Positions 1 through 13,000 of a DNA stretch of 64,000 bases are shown piece by piece; the stretch's first letter is position 1; the number at the start of each line of letters is the position of its first letter. A model generated the notes under the pieces. That model searched no databases. It was not told where the DNA came from and was given only the letters and a program-made list of their open reading frames with translations. Source of the DNA: Phoronis australis (Eukaryota > Animalia > Phoronida). The stretch spans positions 1,273,755 through 1,337,754 of the forward strand of contig NMRA01000001.1 of assembly GCA_002633005.1 (NCBI GenBank). Reading direction: 5' to 3'. A program made the translations under genes and the position numbers.

Positions 1-84
1 TCAATAGAAATTTGACTTGCCAATAAGGTCCTTCATAACCTGTTCAGCCGACCTTCTTCTGTAACGTTAGTGTGTTGTTTGTAG

Positions 85-1025
85 CAGCGAGTGCTGTTGG
101 AGCAGCAGAAAGAAGATCAGAGGCGGCAGGAACAAGAGGCCATGATACAGAAGGCCAGGCAGCAACAGCAGATGTTGGAGATGGAGAAACGCAGGGTAGG
201 TGGTGGGCAAATGGGCGACAATTTTGGGGTGTTGCAAAACCCAGGTTATGTGACGGGGGAATTGTGGTGTCGCTCAGATTTTGGTGGTGACGTAATGGCT
301 ACTGACTTGGGAGTACAGAAACACCCAGGGTTGGTGGTGATATGAATGGGTCCTGTTTCTAGGGTGGTTGGACACCCTTGGGGAGATGGTGCGGAATGGG
401 TGTCCAGTTGCTGCCGTTCGTAGAATCTTTAAGGTAGATGGAAAGGGATTGGTGGCATTTCTGGTTAGTTGCAACACCCAAGGGAGATGGTGGCGGGAAT
501 GGTTGCCCACTGATTTCGTGTTCGTCATACCATGGTCTGTGCAGCACCTTGTGAAATATGGGTGCGTGTGATATCTTGGTGAGTATGAGACCCAGGAAAG
601 GAGTGGAGAATCTAGTGCTTGTGTTGGGTATATTCTGTGTCCAGTGTAACACACAGCACAAGTAATTTAAAAGTTGTGTTTGTGTATAATTGGGTGTCGT
701 GTGGTGTCTGTTAGTTTGTCAGCGCTCGTATCAAACCTTGCCGTAATTTATTACTTTGGAGATACCAACTACGAAAAATTAGATTAATGTTAAGCGTCGT
801 CAGCCTTTTTTCATTTTTTATCTGTTTTCTCAGGAATGGTATTGATTGTTTTTTCTTGTGTAGGTTCTGTTTTGCATGCATTTTGTTTTGTTTTGTTGTG
901 TGTGACACTCACATTTCTTGTTCACAGCAACAGATGGAGGAACAAAAACAGAGGGAGGAAGCACAGTTGATGCAACAGCAACAGATGGCTCTTATGGAAA
1001 AGCAGAGGGAGGAAAGAGAGCGAGC

Positions 1026-1058
<33 letters not shown>

Positions 1059-4000
1059 TATGGAATCTCCGAAGATTCCATGTAAGGGATTATGACTTAG
1101 AGCTGGTAGTCTTCTCACAGTGTATTGTTATTGATCAGTCTTATAATAATTGAAAAACACGCAAGCCTACTGTTGCACTAGCGTTTGCTTATAAACAATC
1201 CCACGGATTTATATTGTTGCATGGTAGTTAAATTGTGGATTAGGGTGAAACATATTGTGTGTTACTAAAGCACAGTTAGAGCGATCCATCTCACAAATGT
1301 TCCGCATGTGTTGAATGTACCATACTCTATTACATCTGCACATTAGCTCTGCAGTATTTATTTCGGATTATTTATTACATTGTGCTGACAAGCTTAACTG
1401 TTACTCATTCTATGCCTTTCCAGCCTTACTGTCGCAAGACGTGGTTGCCCCCGCCTCCCGCATTGCTCCGCCTCCTCTACTTGACCCCAATAGACCACCA
1501 TCCTTGATGACAATGGATGTCCCACCCCCTGCTATGATTGTGAGTATGCGCCATCAAAATGAAAACAATAAAAAAGTAATTCAATTCAAGTATTACTCGT
1601 TGACTTAAGAAAGTGCTTGTATTTTTGTATGGGTTCACTTTAGGTTATGTAGGACTTTATCGACAAGTCAACGTCTACAAAAACTTAGAAAGCTCATACA
1701 CTTTGATTTTCAACTTTATACCAATCGGTATTTGATTAGTTGACATGACCATGTCTTTTGTAAAATTTAGCAAAATTGTGGCATCAAAAACATGACCAAA
1801 TGCCGTTTGATATAACTTTACGAGATGAAATCTCAAAAATGTTATCACTGTTTTCTAATTTTTTTTTTCTGCTTTTCGTTTTATGTGACTTGATTTTTTC
1901 ATAAAAACCATAAAAGTCCCTTTTGCATTAGTGGATCATTTTGAAAAAAGCCCTTTGGCTAACCTCCGTCTATGAGAACAGTGCATAAAACATAGCAACT
2001 GAAAATTTCACTTGAATCCCATCAGCCATTTCTGCAATGTTGCGTTGTGAAAATAGTCGATTTTCATGATTTGTCACATTCCTATAATATTTCATTCTGT
2101 CTGGTGTGTTTTTAAAAATGCACTGAATTGGAGAATAATTTTTGTGAAAAGAACTTTTGCAAAGCTTTTAGATCCTTAACCAATATTGTGTATGGTGTCG
2201 ATTCAACTATTACCCACACCGTATTTTTCACTCTAGCCACCCCGTGCTGAGGAGCCTGAAATGAAGGACGTGAAGCTGCCGCAGGCTCTTGAGCAGGTCC
2301 TCGCCTTCAAAGGGGTGCGTGCACAGCAGGTAGGCATCAGCCCCGACGACATCGAGCAAGAGATTACAGAGCCATCAGAGCTCAAACAGGAAGTGGAAGA
2401 AGGTGACGAGGCTGGCGACATAATTCAGTATGAGGAAGACGAGGATGAAGATGAGGTGGTGAAGACGAAGGCGGCGAAGGAGTCGAAGAACAAGAAGAGA
2501 AAGAAGAAGAAGAAGAGGGCCAAACAACGCCAGATGGTGACCAAACCTATTGAGTCCGAGACGAAAAAAGATGACGAGGAGCCTGATGTAGAAATAGAGT
2601 TAGTGTCTAAAGTGTCCTGAAGGTGTAAACATTTTAGTTTTGAAATGTTCAGTGTTTTGTATTAAGATGCTCCTCAAATAATCTTAAAGCATGATCTGTC
2701 CGTTACTGCAACTAAAAAGTACAAATTAAAATAACTGATGGGTTTGCGAATCCATGCTATGTATTTGTATTTGTGTGTGTGACACATGTGCAGTGTATGA
2801 ATAATTTGTGATCTGCAGGTATGTTCAAGAGCAGCTGAATCTTATGCCAGGTGATCCTTATTACCATACGTTCTCCAGAATATTTGAAGCCTTCAAGGTA
2901 CGTACTGTTTTATATTGAGCTAGAATAATTTTAATGTGCTACAATGTTGAAGGAACACGCTCACTCCCCGGACACTAGCAATTATATTACAGAAGTTGAT
3001 TCGTGCCACTCCAGATTTTGTTCGTCGCCCTGTTAAAAATCCTGGGTTGCCACGAGGTTGCCATGCACGCATCTGAGCATGCACTTGGAACACTACAGGA
3101 CATAATCAGAAGGAAGTCAGAGTCTCAATCGGAAAAAAAATGTTTAATAATATGTTTCATGCATAGATAACATATGACGATGGTTTGTTTATTAGGAAGT
3201 GAGCTCGCGTGGGGATATTTGGCCTGAGAGTAGGAAACTGATTGTTGCTGAGAATGCAAGACACTCCTAATTTCCTGTTGGGTGCTCTGATGGAGTGCGT
3301 CTGTTTTTCAATAANTTTTTTCTCGCTACGCAGTATATATTTCGTATTTGAAGTTCCCCGAGAATGAAGATAAGGTATTTTGCTAGACACAAGTGAAATA
3401 TTGTAAAAATGGACCATTTTTGTGAATAAGGTTGGAAATATCCTTAATAATATGTTTCATGCATAGATAACATATGACGATGGTTTGTTTATTAGGAAGT
3501 GAGCTCGCGTGGGGATATTTGGCCTGAGAGTAGGAAACTGATTGTTGCTGAGAATGCAAGACACTCCTAATTTCCTGTTGGGTGCTCTGATGGAGTGCGT
3601 CTGTTTTTCAATAATGGAATGTCAGTAGTTTCATTTTCGTCTCGAGTTGACTATTTGTCATTTGTAACGGCCCACCTGCTCCCCTCGTACGATTAGTAGT
3701 TTCGTTGTTTTGGTAACCTGGCGACTTGATGTCATGCTAAGTGTCGAGCCCTGCACTACACAGTGTTGCCATATTTCACCCAATAAGCTGAGACTAGTCT
3801 GAATAAATACACCCCCAACTATGAGCCTGAGATATACTACAAATAGTCAAAGCCATTATACATTTTCTTTTTTACGACCATCTTGCATTAGGGAGAGTAT
3901 TAATGCTATCCTGTCATCTGGGTTATCAGAGTTCATTTGTCAGTGTTTGTTCTCAGTCATGTTAGGTAGGAAATAAAGCTTTAGTTGTATAAAAAATTTC

Positions 4001-7000
4001 TGCATTTGCTTCTCCAACTATGACATATTCCCTGATGATTTCTCTAGATAAGCGAGCCAGAGAGACCTAAGGAGGCCCCTAAAACTGATGAAAAGAAGGA
4101 TGCTGACAAGGACGATGACGTGAAGCCAAGAGACCGGTCACAGGAGGAAGACGGAGAGGACTCGGATGAAGTGAGTTGGTCGGACATGTCTCAAGGAGAA
4201 CTGCTGAACAAATACTAACAGTACAAAACAAAAGTATTCACTCAGACAGAATGACCTAGAATTCCCCACCATGACAGCTAGGTGAAAGCTGAATTCACAG
4301 TCAGAGTAGTCTCCCCTGATGACTGAGAATGAAGGAGAATTAACAGGAAAGTTAGTTAGGTGGCTACGCCATTCTGTTATTAGAAGTTTGCCACTTTGGC
4401 AGCTGTTACAAGTCATTTTTGCTGTTAAAAAGATACCAAAACCCGGTTTTTGGCCTTTTAGCAGAATATTAAACACAACGTTACCATCCAATTCTCTGAA
4501 ACGAAATAATGTTCTGTAACCCTCAACAAACCTCAAAGGTGTAGAGGAAAATTTGAAAACTCCTTTCAAAGTCTGCTAAACGGGCAAGCATGACCTGCCA
4601 TCTTAGCGAATTGCATCGCAACTGAGGGGAAAGACCACCCACTAAGAGCTGTAATATCCAATCTGTGATGTAAGGAGCATGAGACTTTAGGGCTGTTCCA
4701 GCAAAATCTGTATGGGAGGGGGGGAAGGCACTTTTATTTCGTACCCACCGCCCATAATTTTCATTTATTTCTCCAACCCATGACCCATAATTTTTTAATT
4801 ATTTTTAATAGGTTAAAATATAAAATCCAACGTTTGCAAACAAACTGCCTCCAGGAGGACCTGTTAAGAACTTAGATGATTGACAGACAAGAACTAGTTG
4901 TCTTGTCCAATATTGTCAAAAATTAAAGTAGCCTGTGAACAATACTTTTGGCATTCACCAGGTGTCTCTGTTCACCATGTGTCTATTAATTTCAATGAAC
5001 ATTTTTTCAATTATAAGGATCTATGAATCTCAAACTGTCTCCACAAACTCTTTTATACTTCTATGTCAAGTGAATATTGGAACTTGTTTATCTTACTCCT
5101 CATACTTTTTATTTAAAAATCATCAATTTTCTTATATGTGTTAACACCAGTTTAGTGTTGCATAACTTCAATTCAATAGGACTGCAGACAAGCACTTGGC
5201 TCAAATCAAGTTGCCCATGACTTGATTAATGGCTTAGTGAACATATTGCACTCTGTTCACTGGCAATATGGGCTTTTTTGTATTGGGATAAGTTGGGATA
5301 TATGCCAATTGTATTTTTTGAGTTTTGATTTCTTTGGAGATGTGTTGGCTGAATTAACCAACCCGTCAACGTTAACAGATCAAAAAATACCACCCATTTT
5401 TAATGCATCACTTCTTACAGGAACGACCACCCATAATTTGAGTTTTTTTCTGAAGACCACCACCCATGAATTTTTATTTCTACTGCCGTCCCCCCCCTCC
5501 CACACGGATTTTACTGGAACAGCCCTTAGCTGATTCGTGATTTTATCTTTCAAGATTGACGCCAGTGTCTACATCAGCAGGTGACAGAATGATGATTGGT
5601 TTAAATCATCAAGACAGCGTTTAGTGTCCTTTTAACAGAATTGGTTGTCATGACAGGGAAACAATTTTTTGTCGGATTACTTTTGTCTTGTACTGTACTT
5701 GGCCTATTGATTACTTTTGTCTTACATAAAAAAATGTAGAAGTTGTTTGTAGTGTTTTTTATCATCGTAGTCACCCATAATTTATGAATAAGAAAGGTCG
5801 ACATATTCTCATTATTTTTCTACAGTAACTGTTTGGTGGGCCTTCAATATGAATGATCATAATTATTCTTATTATAGTTGGTACCCTGCCGCCAATATTG
5901 CCTGTGTACATGTATAACTGTTCGCAGGAAGCTGAACCTGAGGAAGACAAACCCAAGCTGTCGAAGAAGAAGCTGAAGAAGTTGAACCGACTGAGCGTGG
6001 CTGAACTGAAGCAACTGGTGACGAGGCCAGATGTGGTGGAGATGCATGATGTAACAGCACAGGACCCCAAGCTGCTTGTGCACTTGAAGGTGAGTCAGCT
6101 CTTGTGTGTGCAACTGTATACGGTGCAGGGGTGTTGTATGAGGATAGGTACTTGTGGGACACAATTAGAAATCTAGGCTTACGTTAAGGAAAGTGTGAGT
6201 ATTTGAGTACAGTTTTGTGTAGGTATTCAGCACACTGGCACAAATTCCATTCATTTCTTGAAATTGAAAACATAACAATTAATGCACAATGCTTACAGAA
6301 CATTTAGTTATGACGCGATATATGAAGCATTTCTGTATTGATGTCTAGATTCAACTGCTGCACATACATGCCGATAGCATGTCCATATTACAATGACTGT
6401 AATGTTTGCCCAGGCGCAGTTACAAATTGTCACCCTTGATGACATTTTGGCCATGTTTCTCTGCCGATAGTATTGCGGAAGAGCATCATATGTTGCCTGA
6501 ATGTCTGCTTTTTGATTAACTCTCAGAATGTTTCTTGCTTCATTACAGGCCACCCGTAACAGTGTGCCTGTACCACGACATTGGTGCTTCAAGCGCAAGT
6601 TCCTGCAGGGCAAGCGTGGTATTGAGAAGGCTCCCTTTGAACTGCCCGACTATATTAAGGCCACAGGAATTATGGAGATGAGGGAGGCTCTTCAAGAAAA
6701 GGTAGAGTAGTCCTTGAAGAAACTGAAGTCTTGGTTCTAGCTGTCTCCACACTATTCACAAATTGTAGATTTTCTAGACAACATAAGTGTTCGCTGAATC
6801 TTAAAAATGGTTTGCCTTAGTTGTAGGTAAAATAAAGCACATTTTCAAATTCTTTGATCCGGGTTCCTAGTTATATTAACGTCAAGTGATTCTGGCTGAC
6901 ATCAGTTGCATTGCTTTGTTGTCAATGGGATTTGAAAAGAACACTTGCTAGACAGGTGCAGATTCAGGATTATGACCAGGGAGGAATCGGACCGTGGACG

Positions 7001-10000
7001 TATTTATGAGGCTCTTTTCATTGCAGCTATACAAAGGTGTTTGAACCAGGCCCACTGCATCTGTACCTGCTAGAAGTCCTGTTGTGCTATTTCATTGTAG
7101 CTTCCTTTGTTATGTATCTCTAGGAAGACCAGAAGACTTTAAAGTCTAAGATGAGAGAGCGTGTCCGTCCCAAGATGGGCAAAATAGACATCGACTACCA
7201 GAAGTTGCACGATGCTTTCTTCCGCTGGCAGAGTAAACCAAAGATGACAATTCACGGCGACTTGTATTATGAGGTATATTCATGCTAAGAACTTGCATTG
7301 ACAGTTTTTCTTTGGATTTAATCTCTGTAGCGCGCTTAAGGTTTGCCATCATGCTGGATAACATTTCAAATTGAAGAAAAGGATTTACTAATGTTTAATC
7401 CTTCTAACAAGTTAATTTCCATTGAGGGTAAATTTAAAGTGGCTATAAACCTGCCTTCCTTCAGAATTTTTTTAATTTAGACCACTGGCCATTTTGAAAT
7501 TGGTCTCAAATTGTTCCTTAGTCAAAATAAGTCTGACACCTGGACTTGTAAAGAACAGACATTCTAGTTTTGCTGGAGACCAGCCTCTACAACGTGGCTC
7601 GTCACTGCGTGTCACTATTCACTAAGCATGGTCTCAATGAATAACGGACTGTCCGTTCTGTGAAAGACCAAAATTCATTTCTCAACCAAATAAGAAACAA
7701 TTGGAGACCAATTTTAGAGCAGTAAGTAATCTAAATCAAAATTGTGTTTCTTCGACATAGGCCGGGTTCATTGCGACTTTAATATTGATGTCAGAGAATT
7801 TCAGACGCTACTAATACATTCTTGAACTGTGTTAAGGGCTGTTCCAGTAAAATCCGTGTGGGAGGGGCGGGACGGCAGTAGAAATAAAAATTCATGGGTG
7901 GTGGTCTTCAGAAAAAAACTCAAATTATGAGTGGTCGTTCCTGTAAGAAGTGATGCATTAAAAATAGGTTGTATTTTTTGACCTGTTAATGTTGATCCCA
8001 ATAAAAAAGAGCCCATATTGCCAGTGAACAGAGTGCAATATGTTCACTAAGCCATTAAACAAGTCATGGGCAACTTGATTTGAGTCAACTGTTTGTCTGC
8101 AGTCCTATTGAATTGAAGTTATGCAACACTAAACTGGTTTTAACACATATAAGAAAATTGATGATTTTTAAATAAAAAGTATGAGGAGTAAGCTAAACAA
8201 GTTCCAATATTCACTTGACATAGAAGTATAAAAGAGTTCGTGGAGACAGTTTGAGATTCATAGATCCTTATAATTGAAAAAATGTTCATTGAAATTTTAG
8301 ACACATGGTGAACAGAGACACCTGGTGGCTGCCAAAAGTATTGCTCACNNNNNNNNNNNNNNNNNNNNNNNNNNNNNNNNNNNNNNNNNNNNNNNNNNNN
8401 NNNNNNNNNTAACATTTGGCTACGTTTTTGTTGTTTTTTTCTCAAGCAGAATTACTGAACTTAAATTTGAGACTCTACTGATATATTTTTGACCTTTGTT
8501 AACAATTGCTAACATTTTGGTTGATTTCTCAAGCAGAATTGCTGCACTACAGTTCCTGTAATATTGAATTGTATTCACCTGAATTGTTTTCACTGCATCT
8601 GCTGATCTCAATTTGGTCAGGGTAAAGAGTTTGAAACAAGGCTGAAAGAGAAGAAGCCTGGCAATCTGACAGATGAGCTGCGCACTGCTCTAGGAATGCC
8701 ATTAGGGCAGGTAAGAACAAATACATATATACGGGAGGTTTGGTAGCATTTCGTTGTAGAATTCCGTCTCTTAGTGCAAGAGATGTGTATTGGTGAGGGT
8801 TTACGCTTGTTAATTGCACTGTGTTTTAGGATAAGAGTTACGTAGGACCTTAGAAAAATGTCCAATTTTGACAAAAACATATCTCCGAAATGGCTGATCA
8901 GATTTATATTAAATTTGAGACACTACACTGTATGCTCTGTTCTCCAAAACGCTGCTTGAGACCTAATGAATATAAGTCTGAAACAAATTTCTGCCACGAC
9001 CGGGACTTTTATTCATCAGGTCACATGATGTGGCCAACAGTTGGCTTGCCGACCAGACTTAAAATGTTTGCATCATATTTCCCTCGCCATTTTGAGATTG
9101 ACATATTCATACACATTAACCATAATGTTACGTAACAGTAACTTGATTGCACTTCTTTGTTTTCAATCTCAGTCCTTGCAATTGTTGCAAATAGCATATT
9201 ACTCGGACATTTTATTCAGTGTTAGCGTTCCATGTGCTGCTCGAACAGGTAGTATGTGCTGTGTGTTTAACAAAAACAAAGCATGTTCTTCATCTTTTTA
9301 TAATTACAGGGTGCAGAGAAAGTGCCACCGCCCTGGTTGATTGCCATGCAGCGGTATGGCCCACCTCCATCATATCCAAACTTAAAAATACCTGGCTTAA
9401 ACGCGTCCATCCCTGAGGTAAAGAAACGGCTATCAACACTCAGTTGGTGTTATAGCAACAGCGAATTGCGTTGACATTTTTTGTAGTTGGTTATTATTTG
9501 TGTTGTTCTGTAATGAAGTAAGGTTTTAACCTGTCATGAAAAGGTGGTAGTGTATTTTTGATGAGTGGTATTGGATGTATATTAGGAAGTGACAAATACT
9601 TGCTTGTTTGTACCAATACTGTAGCGGTCTTGGTATTTGAAACTGAGAGAATAAATACCTAATAGTGTCGATGTGGGATTGTCCCCACAGGTAAGATTTC
9701 ATGATGGGAAATCTGGTTTTTTATTAGTTTGCAGTTTTGATGTCCATTTCATATGAAACTGGGGAAATTTTTGGATTTAACCATGCCTAATTTTCCCAAA
9801 TGTCTGGGCATGTCTGTAATATTTTCCATGTATGCACCGCTCGGTGTATCTGGACTTGAGCCTGTCTGCAACCATGCATTGAATACAGTCATGTAGCTCC
9901 ATAATTACTTAAGTATTGTACTACTTTACTTACTGTTTACAGGGCTGCTCATTTGGTTACCATGCTGGTGGCTGGGGGAAGCCTCCTGTGGATGAGAATG

Positions 10001-13000
10001 GCAAACCTCTGTATGGCGACGTGTTCGGTACACAAGGCAGTGAAGTACAGGTGTGGTGGAAATTACTGCTCACTTTGTTTTAATCAGGAAATAAGCNAAA
10101 GAAATTTGAAATTTTACAGTAAAATTGCCAAATTTCAGAATACAACGCTGGCTGTTTTACGACCTCAAGTGTTATCATGCCGCGGAATGCTTAACAAGCA
10201 GCACTTATTCGCGCTCATCTGTTATTGCTCTTGATCATCACTTCATCACGCTGTATAATGCGCTTTACCACAGATAATTTTTGTTTATTTTTGTATAATT
10301 TCTTAATATGTTAGTACAGCATTAGAACAAAAGTTTATTTTAAGAACAACATAAACAATGGTTTTAACAAAGCGCTGACTCGGAGATTAAGATCATGGGC
10401 GCATGAAAACGGAAGAATGCGATCGCTTATATTTTCATCCATGATCCATCATTATCCTGAATTTGTTGTCACTTTCGGAGTAAAAAATTGTTTCGAAGCT
10501 CGAACCTTCCTATCTAGCCAGCTAGCTCTAAGAAGACTATAGTAAAAATACAACAAGATGCCACTGTGTATGAGCACTGACATACATCGAAATTGCACAC
10601 AGCCCGAATAGTTATGCTCATCACCTCGTCGTGAAGCTTGCATCAACATGAGCTAATAACCGGCGGGGTTGCATGCAAAATCAATTAACATTCACCTTGC
10701 CCGTTACTGCCGTTTAAGCGAAAAATATCCGACGTCATTTTCGTGCGTATTTCTCTGCATTGGTAACGAGGGAATGTATGTCGTCGTCTTGAAAGTAGTA
10801 CATTCGTGACACGCGTCACTTTCAGAAGTTTTTCGACATCTCCCATTAGATAATGACAACATCGCAGCAAAATTTGTTCTAAAATTCGGTTAACAGATAC
10901 CAAATTCCATAAACACATAATGAAAGGAAACCAATTCTGATCATTTGCTGTGACGTTTACGCAACCTCGAGGGAGAACGTTTGATTGAAGAATATGGGAA
11001 AAAAAACTGCCTAATAAGTGACGCAATATTTCATTGCGCCGAAAGTCGATACAAAAGATCACACGATTCGCAGTTATAACGTATAATTCAACCGATATTA
11101 CAATATACATGTACGTATGCCTAAGAACGTGCTCCGAGTCAGTGACCCTGTAATCAGTTTGCCGTACACTTTGTTTATCTAAATTTTGAAGACGTGCGTT
11201 GTACTTGGCCTAATGTTTATTAATGTAGGGTCCTGACAACACACGGCTCTGAAAGTTTTGAAAACGCATCTCTATCGTTACGCAAATGCGTTTTCTGCCC
11301 ACGCGTACATTTGATGTAAGAAATGGGCACAGACACTCTGAACTGAATGAATCAACTAAACATATTAATTTTTGAAAACGCCCTCAAAAGTGGACTTTTT
11401 TCAAACACCGTGTTGGGCGTATTCGTCGGTGTAGAAAAGCGAAATGAACAGATTTGTACACTCTGCTCAAAGCACTTTTGTGGACATCCGGAAACGCCAA
11501 CGTCGCTGTCTTTTAACGCGGTATGTGCTTGGCATTTCTTATGAAGCGCTCTCATACTGGAATTTTTTTAATTGAGCGCAGTTTCAAAAAGTTGTTGTAG
11601 GTCTTCTTACAGTCGAGCACAGAAGAGTTATTCTGCACCTTGGTTTATTTTCTATCATTTTTTCGACATCACAATCGCTTTAAAAAAATTAACGCACATA
11701 AGACTGTTGAGACAAATACCTTTTCACCACGTATTCACATCTTCCCGTTCAGAATTGTTTTATTATACATAATTTGTCAATATGTTGTTGACAGAAAATA
11801 TTTATTTTTGGAACAGCGTGAACGAAGAACTGATACATGTAACTAGCGCTGATTTTAACGTCACCGATGCCCTAAAAACGGAATGCGCTAAGCTAGAATT
11901 GGTTGTAGCCTCAACAGTGGCTATTCCGTGTTTGATGTCACTGTCCAAGTTCGTGGAAATCGTAACCCTATGATGAAGTTAGAGTCATCGAAGTCCGTGG
12001 GCTTAGGGCATTCTGAACCGTGAAGTTTGCTTCTGTACGGCAAGGGTTAATCATATGAAAATAAAAACCCCGGAATGAGAGCTCTTCGCGGTGTAACAAC
12101 TCAATCACTATCCCATCATCATGGGCACGTGATAGGAGTACCGTGGAGAATTTTAAAAACGCAAAAAGATGCAGTACTGCGTATCACAAACAAAAAACAA
12201 TTGTGGGCGAAGAGTGTCAAAANNNNNNNNNNNNNNNNNNNNNNNNNNNNNNNNNNNNNNNNNNNNNNNNNNNNNNNNNNNNNNNNNNNNNNNNNNNNNN
12301 NNNNNNNNNNNNNNNNNNNNNNNNNNNNNNNNNNNNNNNNNNNNNNNNNNNNNNNNNNNNNNNNNNNNNNNNNNNNNNNNNNNNNNNNNNNNNNNNNNNN
12401 NNNNNNNNNNNNNNNNNNNNNNNNNNNNNNNNNNNNNNNNNNNTATTTGTGTTGTTCTGTAATGAAGTAAGGTTTTAACCTGTCATGAAAAGGTGGTAGT
12501 GTATTTTTGATGAGTGGTATTGGATGTATATTAGGAAGTGACAAATACTTGCTTGTTTGTACCAATACTGTAGCGGTCTTGGTATTTGAAACTGAGAGAA
12601 TAAATACCTAATAGTGTCGATGTGGGATTGTCCCCACAGGTAAGATTTCATGATGGGAAATCTGGTTTTTTATTAGTTTGCAGTTTTGATGTCCATTTCA
12701 TATGAAACTGGCAGGGAAAGTTTTAGATTTAACCATGCCTAATTTTCCCTAATGTCTGGGCATGTCTGTAATATTTTCCATGTATGCACCGCTTGGTGTA
12801 TCTGGACTTGAGCCTGTCTGCAACCATGCATTGAATACAGTCATGTAGCTCCATAATTACTTAAGTATTGTACTACTTTACTTACTGTTTACAGGGCTGC
12901 TCATTTGGTTACCATGCTGGTGGCTGGGGGAAGCCTCCTGTGGATGAGAATGGCAAACCTCTGTATGGCGACGTGTTCGGGACACAAGGCAGTGAAGTAC

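Noticed and set aside
909-1118. Poly-cysteine ORF on the minus strand
   Set aside because: It is the antisense reading of the SF3B2 CAG repeat exon.
4935-5533. Repeated ORFs that also appear near 7.8-8.4 kb and 34 kb
   Set aside because: They are chance frames inside non-autonomous MITE copies, with no transposase motifs.
10685-11110. 141-aa minus-strand ORF in the inter-gap insert
   Set aside because: No recognisable motif or splice structure; cannot be supported as a gene.
12075-12565. Long ORFs in the track
   Set aside because: They are artefacts of translating the N gap.
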